DNA of 64,000 bases from an uncultured Burkholderiales bacterium (GTDB taxonomy: Bacteria; Actinomycetota; Acidimicrobiia; IMCC26256; JAGPDB01). Under the pieces are notes generated by a model. That model did not search any database. It had not been told where the DNA came from and worked only from the letters and a program-made list of their open reading frames with translations. The translations under genes and the position numbers were made by a program. Every line of letters starts with the position of its first letter. Position 1 is the first letter of the stretch. Shown here piece after piece: positions 56,452 to 64,000 of this stretch. The stretch is taken from assembly GCA_964561855.1 (NCBI GenBank), contig CAZLQP010000003.1:80949-144948 (forward strand), in the 5' to 3' direction.

Positions 56452-57714
56452 TCATTCTTCAGACCAAGATACATTCGCACCCAGCTGGTTTAGTGAATCT
56501 GCTAAGTCATGGTAACCTCGCCTCACATGTGAAACCTCATGAACTGTTGTTGTACCTTTAGCTACTAGACCTGCCAGACACAAAGAAGCTCCTGCTCGTA
56601 CGTCGTTTGCCCGCACATCAGTTCCGCTCAATTGTTCCACTCCTCTTACAACACAATGGCGACCTTGTGTTCGAATATCTGCTCCCATTCGTTTTAACTC
56701 TTCGGTAAATCCAAAGCGGTTATCATAAATGTTTTCAGTAACGATGCTTGTGCCTTCGCACACACTTAAAAGAGCAACCGTCATTGGCATATAGTCAGTT
56801 GCGAAACCAGGAAAAGGCAATGTTGATATATCGACACTATGAAGAGGAGTCGATGCCATTGCCCAAATACCATCTCGTGTTGGTGATACTTTCATCCCCA
56901 TATCACCGAGTTTAACGATCACCATTTCTAGATCAGAGATAGAGATCCCTTCAAGCGTTACTTCTCCTCCGACCATTCCACATGCCATTAATAATGTTCC
57001 TGCTTCAATTCGGTCACCGACTATTGAATGAGCAGTTGAGTTAAGCTCATCAACACCTTCAATAGTTATAGTAGATGTGCCAACGCCAGAAATTTTTGCA
57101 CCCATCTTTGTTAAGAATGCACAAAGATCTTTTACTTCGGGTTCTCGAGCAGCATTTTCGATAACCGTCTCACCCTTAGCCAATACGGCTGCTGCCAAAA
57201 TATTCTCTGTCGCACCTACTGAGGGAAACTCTAAAATAGTTCGCGCTCCAACCAACTTGTCTGCACGCGCATCAATATAGCCATGATCTAAATCTATCGT
57301 TGCACCCATTTGTTCGAGAGCACGAAAATGCATATCGAGCTTACGTACACCAATATTGTCTCCACCTGGAAGCGCAACACGCACATGACCTACACGTGCT
57401 AACAAAGGTGATAGCACATTGATTGATGCGCGCATTTTAGAAACAAGTTCATAAGGAGCTTCAGGTGATAGCTCTCCCGATGTATCGAGCTCATATGTCA
57501 AGTCATCTGTTTTGGTAACACCTACGCCAATTGACTCTAAAAGTTTGCACATCAGCGCCAAGTCTTCCACCTGAGTCATATTGGTCAGTGTCGTAGTTCC
57601 GCTAGCCATCAGTGAAGCTGCCATTTGTTTTAGGCCAGCGTTTTTTGTCATCCCTGACACCCTCACAGATCCAGATAATGGACCTTCACAGGGATTAATT
57701 ACGAGTTTATCCAT
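56452..57714 (-). CDS. murA: UDP-N-acetylglucosamine 1-carboxyvinyltransferase
   Basis: 420 aa with a conserved MurA/EPSP-synthase-fold pattern throughout (SGSVRVSG, LPGGDNIGVRKLDMH). Confidence 0.95.
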   Translation of the reverse strand: MDKLVINPCEGPLSGSVRVSGMTKNAGLKQMAASLMASGTTTLTNMTQVEDLALMCKLLESIGVGVTKTDDLTYELDTSGELSPEAPYELVSKMRASINVLSPLLARVGHVRVALPGGDNIGVRKLDMHFRALEQMGATIDLDHGYIDARADKLVGARTILEFPSVGATENILAAAVLAKGETVIENAAREPEVKDLCAFLTKMGAKISGVGTSTITIEGVDELNSTAHSIVGDRIEAGTLLMACGMVGGEVTLEGISISDLEMVIVKLGDMGMKVSPTRDGIWAMASTPLHSVDISTLPFPGFATDYMPMTVALLSVCEGTSIVTENIYDNRFGFTEELKRMGADIRTQGRHCVVRGVEQLSGTDVRANDVRAGASLCLAGLVAKGTTTVHEVSHVRRGYHDLADSLNQLGANVSWSEE

Positions 57715-57731
57715 CCCCCCATTCTACCCTC

Positions 57732-57758
57732 CCGGAGGACTGACCCTCCAAAAGGGAC
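57732..57758. repeat. Copy of the dispersed palindromic repeat (27/27 identical to 62336-62362)
   Basis: CCGGAGGACTGACCCTCCAAAAGGGAC lies in the 54-nt divergent murA/glpX spacer. Confidence 0.95.
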
Positions 57759-57768
57759 ATATTGACAG

Positions 57769-58806
57769 TTGATGGAAAACACCTGCGTTCTATCAGAAGC
57801 CACTAATGTAATTCCCATGAGTCAAAGCCCGAAACAGCCAACCCGAAACCTCGCTTTAGATCTAATAAGGGTAACTGAGGCAGCGGCCTTAGCAGCAGGA
57901 AAATTTGTCGGACGAGGACATAAAGAAAATGCTGACCAAGCAGCAGTTGATGCAATGAGAGTTGTGCTCAATACTTTAGATTTCAAAGGCACCGTTGTAA
58001 TTGGCGAGGGAGAAAAAGACAATGCGCCGATGTTATTTAATGGCGAAGTGTTAGGCCTTGGTGGAGTCGAGTTCGACATAGCAGTCGATCCTATTGATGG
58101 CACAACATTAACAGCAAAAGGATTAGACAATGCGATTGCGGTAATTGCTCTATCTGAACGCGGAACAATGTTCGATCCAGGCCCAATAATGTATATGAAT
58201 AAAATTGCGGTGGGTCCTGAAGCAAAAAATGCAATTGACCTAGAAGCCCCTGTTTTTGACAATCTTACTGCAATCGCGAAAGCAAAAAATACGACCGTGA
58301 ATGAACTTACAGTTGTTATATTGGATCGCCCTAGACATGATCAGCTGATCACAGAGGTCCAACAAGCCGGAGCAAGAATCAAGTTGATTACCGATGGAGA
58401 TGTAGCAGGTTCTATTGCAGCCGCAAGAAAAAATAATGGCGTCGATGTTTGTATGGGGATCGGCGGAACTCCCGAAGCAGTCATTACTGCCGCCGCATTG
58501 AAATGCATGGGTGGAGAAATTTTAGGGAAGCTACACCCACGCGACGAAGCGGAAAAACAACATGCAATAGATTTAGGTTACGACGTTGACAAAATATATT
58601 CTGCTAATGATTTAGTATCTGGTGAAAATATTTTCTTTTCTGCGACTGGGATAACTAATGGAGACCTTCTACCAGGAGTACGATACGACAACAACGGCGC
58701 ACATACTTCAACACTTTCAATGCGAAGCTCCTCAGGAACAGTGCGCTTTGTAAAGGCCGAACACAACCTGCCAAAACTGCGCACTTTATCGGTTGTAGAG
58801 TACTAA
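57769..58806 (+). CDS. glpX: Fructose-1,6-bisphosphatase class II
   Basis: Conserved GlpX pattern (LIRVTEAAALAAG, VVIGEGEKDNAPML, DPIDGT). The start is ambiguous: TTG 57769, ATG 57772 or ATG 57817. Confidence 0.93.
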   Translation: MMENTCVLSEATNVIPMSQSPKQPTRNLALDLIRVTEAAALAAGKFVGRGHKENADQAAVDAMRVVLNTLDFKGTVVIGEGEKDNAPMLFNGEVLGLGGVEFDIAVDPIDGTTLTAKGLDNAIAVIALSERGTMFDPGPIMYMNKIAVGPEAKNAIDLEAPVFDNLTAIAKAKNTTVNELTVVILDRPRHDQLITEVQQAGARIKLITDGDVAGSIAAARKNNGVDVCMGIGGTPEAVITAAALKCMGGEILGKLHPRDEAEKQHAIDLGYDVDKIYSANDLVSGENIFFSATGITNGDLLPGVRYDNNGAHTSTLSMRSSSGTVRFVKAEHNLPKLRTLSVVEY

Positions 58807-58855
58807 TTAGCGCAAGTTCCACCACTTCATTGGTAAAAAGTAATAATCTATAACG

Positions 58856-59113
58856 ATGCTTCCTAGCTACTTAGATCTAACTACCATGACTTGGGTAATG
58901 TACCTGATTATTTTTGTGTCAATCTTAGTTGCGTTCATGATCATTAAGACTGGCGAAAAGCCTATGTTGCGTGTCGTTTCCGTCGCTATCATTGGTGTGG
59001 TAATCGTATTTTCTTATGTTCATGTGCGTCAATTTAATGAATGTAAAGTTACCGGAAACACCTGCACATTTCTATCTGCAGAAGTACCTCAAGACGACGG
59101 CTTCATTAACTAA
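58856..59113 (+). CDS. Small hypothetical membrane protein (two TM segments)
   Basis: 85-aa ORF with two clear hydrophobic helices and no recognised family. Confidence 0.45.
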   Translation: MLPSYLDLTTMTWVMYLIIFVSILVAFMIIKTGEKPMLRVVSVAIIGVVIVFSYVHVRQFNECKVTGNTCTFLSAEVPQDDGFIN

Positions 59114-59292
59114 TAAAGTCACAGTTTCACTAACAGCATTCAAAATCCTGTAGTTACAGATTATCCAAAACCCTCTTAACAGGAGTTTGATATTTTTTGT
59201 ATTGTGTCTTTTTTGTAAGTCGTGACTTTTGACCTATATCGTGTGAAAATATCAGCATCGCCCTGGAAAATAGTTTGATATAAGGAAATATC

Positions 59293-60630
59293 TTGCGCCG
59301 ACGCCCCAATGAACCATCTTCATATTCTGCTAATACGAATGTCTTCTCTTCTGACGCATGGGCAGTAAATGACAGCACTACAAGCTATACAAACAATGTA
59401 CAACCTGAATCTGAAGAGTTAAAACAATACGCTGCAAAATCAATTCCTCAGGGTGCTTCCAGAACTACCAAGGCGGCAAGATATGAAGCGCTAAGTAATT
59501 CTGGATATTATGATCAGAACAAACAACATGTGACCAACTCTGACCAGGATCCCTTCCAATCAGCTGTATTAGAAACACGTCCTACAGTCTTGGCACAACA
59601 GCCACAAACTATTGTAGAACCGACACAACCCCTGAGAAAAACTCACCTTGGTTTCAACCAAGCATCCCAAGCCACGACGACTACTTCACCACCACAAACA
59701 CCTGCCCAAGTCACACCTCAAGCACCTCAACCTACACCTGCGCCTGCACCTGCTGCATATCAAACACCTACAACAGTCGCACCACAGCCAACTGCACCTC
59801 AAGTACCTACACCTGATTCACATCAGACACCCACACAATCCGCATCTCAACCTTCACCTGTCCAGCCGACACCTGCCCCAGTCGCACCACAGGCTACACA
59901 ACCAACAGCACAGCCTGTTACTCAGCAAGCGCAAGCTCCAAAAGTCACTCAAGCTACTTCTCAGGACATTGCAGATGAAGAAATTGTGATAGCTGATTTC
60001 GAACTTGAATTCGAAGAAGCAAAGAGAACACAACAAGCTACACAAAAGCCGGATCTAGAAACAGAGATTAATCTACCCGCAATGGAAGATCTTCATACTC
60101 CAACAGTACAGTTCTCTTCTCCAGCACTTTTTTCAACTGGTTCAATTCCGGCTGTATCAGCCTCGAATGATTTTTTCGATTCACACGAAAGAGATATCAA
60201 TTCATCAACAGAATTTTATGATGATGAACCTACACACAAAACATTACGAATAGATGGCGACTTAATTGTAAGTGTTTTTAAAAATGCAATTGGCAATAAA
60301 ATAGCGATAGCTATTGTCGCAATAATATTAGCTCTAGGTGCATATTTCGTTGTCCAGTCATTCATTTCAGGCTCGGATAATACTCCAAACGTTGAATCGA
60401 ACTCCCCAAATAGCAAAACCGTTATCACAGATGGAAGTTCCAATACTCTTGAAGATCAAATGGGCGACATGGCACCGACAGAAGGTGTAATCAATAACGC
60501 TCCGGGACAAGAAGTGACACAAGATCCCGATTCAACTCAACAAACACCAGACGGAGTAACAGTCTTCAGAGACCAAGATGGCAGAGTTGTCTACTCAAGC
60601 GAAACAAATACCAGTTTCGGTGACATGTAA
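59293..60630 (+). CDS. Pro/Thr/Gln-rich low-complexity protein with a single TM helix
   Basis: 445 aa. A ~110-aa PTQA-rich tract is followed by an acidic region, a TM (IAIAIVAIILALGAYFVVQSF) and a C-terminal tail. It has a TTG start with AAGGA upstream and no in-frame ATG for about 260 codons. Confidence 0.55.
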   Translation: MRRRPNEPSSYSANTNVFSSDAWAVNDSTTSYTNNVQPESEELKQYAAKSIPQGASRTTKAARYEALSNSGYYDQNKQHVTNSDQDPFQSAVLETRPTVLAQQPQTIVEPTQPLRKTHLGFNQASQATTTTSPPQTPAQVTPQAPQPTPAPAPAAYQTPTTVAPQPTAPQVPTPDSHQTPTQSASQPSPVQPTPAPVAPQATQPTAQPVTQQAQAPKVTQATSQDIADEEIVIADFELEFEEAKRTQQATQKPDLETEINLPAMEDLHTPTVQFSSPALFSTGSIPAVSASNDFFDSHERDINSSTEFYDDEPTHKTLRIDGDLIVSVFKNAIGNKIAIAIVAIILALGAYFVVQSFISGSDNTPNVESNSPNSKTVITDGSSNTLEDQMGDMAPTEGVINNAPGQEVTQDPDSTQQTPDGVTVFRDQDGRVVYSSETNTSFGDM

Positions 60631-60631
60631 T

Positions 60632-60880
60632 TTACAATGGATTAGCGTCATCTGAAATCACTCTCACATTTATTCCATCTACTTCAACGAAACCTCTAGT
60701 TGCGTAGAAAGAATATTCGTCAGAGCCATTTACAACCCTAATCTTTCCTGGAGCTAACATTCCTAAAAACGGCTCATGCTTTTCCAAAAAAGCTATTTCT
60801 CCATTAGTTGTTTGACAGACAACCATCTCTGCTTGTCCATCAAACAAAACCTTTTCTGGAGATACGACTTCTGCTTGCAT
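60632..60880 (-). CDS. atpC: F1 ATP synthase epsilon subunit, beta-sandwich domain only
   Basis: 82 aa. It aligns by pattern to the N-terminal domain (VSPEKVLFDG...NGEIAFLEKHEPFLGML...GFVEV) and ends where the C-terminal helices normally begin. It is 4 nt downstream of atpD. Confidence 0.85.
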   Translation of the reverse strand: MQAEVVSPEKVLFDGQAEMVVCQTTNGEIAFLEKHEPFLGMLAPGKIRVVNGSDEYSFYATRGFVEVDGINVRVISDDANPL

Positions 60881-60884
60881 TTTC

Positions 60885-62411
<1,527 letters not shown>

Positions 62412-63317
62412 TTACTTTCCTCCGCGGAGAGCTTCTGCTCCACCGACTACTTCCATTATTTCTGTTGTGATTGCGTCCTGACGAAGTCGGTTTGCAACAC
62501 GGCTCAAATTCAAAACCAATTCCTCAGCATTATCAGTTGCTGACTTCATTGCCCGCTGTCGAGCTGCTAGTTCTGATGCAGAAGCATTTAATAAAGCTGC
62601 ATAGATTCGAGCTTCAACATAGAGCGGCAATAATGCATCTAGCAATGTCGATGGATCCGGTTCGAAATCATAAGGCGCAGAAATTGTTCCTTCACCTTGA
62701 GGTTTTGCATCTCCACCAACTACAAAGTCTTGGCCAAGAGGAAGCAAAGGTCGGATCACAACTTCTTGTGAACCTGAAGTAATGAATCGAGTATATATAA
62801 TATGTACTTCATCGACTTCTTCGCTTAGATAAGCTTGAGTTACTGCTTTACCAACCTCAGCAGCGTCTGCATAAGAAGGTCTTTCAGTAAATCCAATGAA
62901 ACTTTCAGCAATTTTATAGTCTCGATATTGGAAATAGCTCAATGCTTTTTTCCCGACACAATAAAGAGTGTAATCACACCCCAACTCCTTGAAGGCTTTT
63001 ACTTCACCTTCACCTGCGCGCATAATCGAATAGTTGTATCCACCGCATAGCCCTCTATCTGCACCGATTACGACATGTGCAACTTTGCGAACATTTTCTC
63101 TAGGCTTCAAAAGTGGAGATTCGCTATCTCCTCCTGCTGCAACTAAGTCTTTTACAGCTTCTGTCAAAGAATTAGCATATGGTGTTGCAGCTCGAACTCT
63201 ATCTTCAGCTTTTTTGATGCGACTTGCAGCAATTAGCTCCATAGCACGAGTAATCTTTTTAGTCGACTGAATCGATTTGATTCGTCTCTTTAAGATTCTT
63301 TCTTGACCGCCTGCCAT
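62412..63317 (-). CDS. atpG: F1 ATP synthase gamma subunit
   Basis: 301 aa with the conserved N-terminus (IKRRIKSIQSTKKITRAMELIAASR) and C-terminus (ITTEIMEVVGGAEAL). Confidence 0.95.
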   Translation of the reverse strand: MAGGQERILKRRIKSIQSTKKITRAMELIAASRIKKAEDRVRAATPYANSLTEAVKDLVAAGGDSESPLLKPRENVRKVAHVVIGADRGLCGGYNYSIMRAGEGEVKAFKELGCDYTLYCVGKKALSYFQYRDYKIAESFIGFTERPSYADAAEVGKAVTQAYLSEEVDEVHIIYTRFITSGSQEVVIRPLLPLGQDFVVGGDAKPQGEGTISAPYDFEPDPSTLLDALLPLYVEARIYAALLNASASELAARQRAMKSATDNAEELVLNLSRVANRLRQDAITTEIMEVVGGAEALRGGK

Positions 63318-63345
63318 TTGTGCTAACTACCTTTGTTCATTTTGT

Positions 63346-63380
63346 GGAGGGTCGCACCTCCTTTCAGGAGGAACAACCCT
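63346..63380. repeat. Variant GGAGG/CCTCC hairpin element in the atpA-atpG spacer (GGAGGGTCGCACCTCC TTTCA GGAGG AACAACCCT)
   Basis: It is related to the core repeat, sharing GGAGGGTC and CCTCC, but has a different loop and offers alternative GGAGG/CCTCC pairings. It lies 29 nt upstream of the atpG ATG. Confidence 0.6.
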
Positions 63381-63392
63381 AACTACTAACTT

Positions 63393-64000
63393 CTATTCTG
63401 TCGCTAAAGTTTTTTCTGATTTTGCTTCACCAAGTTCTTCTGCATCTGTATCTAATACATCTGCCAAACCTGATTCGTGCTTTGAAATACCATTCGCAAC
63501 TAAGAACTCTTGCTTTAACTCTTCAATAGCTTTAGCTAGAGCATCTTCGTCTTCGATCTTTCCGCTATCAGCAATTGAAGATAAGAGTTTTGAATAACGA
63601 GTTCTGAAACCATCAAGCAAGAATGCTTCAAATGGCTTTACATGCTCTACATCTAAATCATCAAGGTAACCCTTTGTACCAGCAAAAATTGAAACAACTT
63701 GTTCTTCTACCGGCATTGGAGAGTTAAGTCCTTGTTTCAACAGTTCAACCAAGCGATATCCGCGGTCAAGCTGTTGCTTTGATACAGCATCAAGTTCGGA
63801 TCCAAAGGTAGCAAATGCTTCAAGGTCCCTAAACTGAGCTAAATCAAGCTTCAAAGTACCTGCAACTGATTTCATCGCTTTAGTCTGCGCGGCGCTACCC
63901 ACACGCGAAACCGATATACCCACGTCAATAGCTGGACGAACACCAGATTTGAACAAGTCATCTGTAACATAAATCTGTCCATCAGTAATCGAAATAACGT
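63393..64000 (-). CDS. atpA: F1 ATP synthase alpha subunit (C-terminal part; continues beyond the window)
   Basis: The minus-strand frame stays open to the window edge. The sequence [17 protein letters not shown]...LDLAQFRELEAF-type matches the alpha C-terminal region. The track start at 63956 is only an internal Met. Confidence 0.93.
   Translation of the reverse strand, partial: VISITDGQIYVTDDLFKSGVRPAIDVGISVSRVGSAAQTKAMKSVAGTLKLDLAQFRDLEAFATFGSELDAVSKQQLDRGYRLVELLKQGLNSPMPVEEQVVSIFAGTKGYLDDLDVEHVKPFEAFLLDGFRTRYSKLLSSIADSGKIEDEDALAKAIEELKQEFLVANGISKHESGLADVLDTDAEELGEAKSEKTLATE

Noticed and set aside
59648-59989. His/Leu-rich 113-aa ORF (HHHKHLPKSHLKHL…)
   Set aside because: It is an alternative frame of the repetitive Pro/Thr/Gln-coding tract. 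The periodic composition is a by-product of the repeat, not independent coding evidence.

Overview
This is a visibly AT-rich, very gene-dense chromosomal core segment with about 66 CDS, one tRNA-Leu and the tmRNA. Gene content and order are actinobacterial. Recalled M. tuberculosis/Streptomyces synteny blocks include mec-cysO-cysM...rph-rdgB; prfB-ftsE-ftsX...smpB-ssrA; secA-hpf-comF...ahcY; PMI-like/PMM...cofD-cofE-manC-wbbL-like-rmlD-rmlB-LCP; birA-accA; and murA...atpC-D-G-A. The architecture is streamlined: many 1-4 nt start/stop overlaps and three convergent gene pairs whose 3' ends overlap. This suggests a small-genome, low-GC planktonic actinobacterium, which is inference only. I saw no transposase, integrase, prophage, CRISPR array or recognisable defence or toxin genes. 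Four things deserve a second look. (1) A dispersed palindromic repeat with an 18-nt core (GGAGGGTCAGTCCTCCGG) inside a 27-nt unit occurs six times at five gene boundaries. One locus is an inverted dimer forming a ~33-bp hairpin between atpG and atpD. Another copy lies in frame as the linker of a pabB-pabC fusion ORF. (2) An 867-aa fusion of a PP-loop/QueC-like ATP-pyrophosphatase domain to a MurD-like Mur ligase sits where mycobacteria carry murI. It may be a fused MurL-MurD2-type route to D-Glu in peptidoglycan. (3) Two poorly characterised envelope glycosylation modules are present: PMI/PMM coupled to an 898-aa polytopic membrane protein, and a GT2-polytopic giant with a secreted protein and a membrane thioredoxin. 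(4) There are several streamlining or loss signals: an 82-aa ATP synthase epsilon without the C-terminal domain, no mtrAB-lpqB and no whiB at their usual syntenic positions, and a short CofE. All family calls rest on motif recognition and recalled synteny; no database search was possible.
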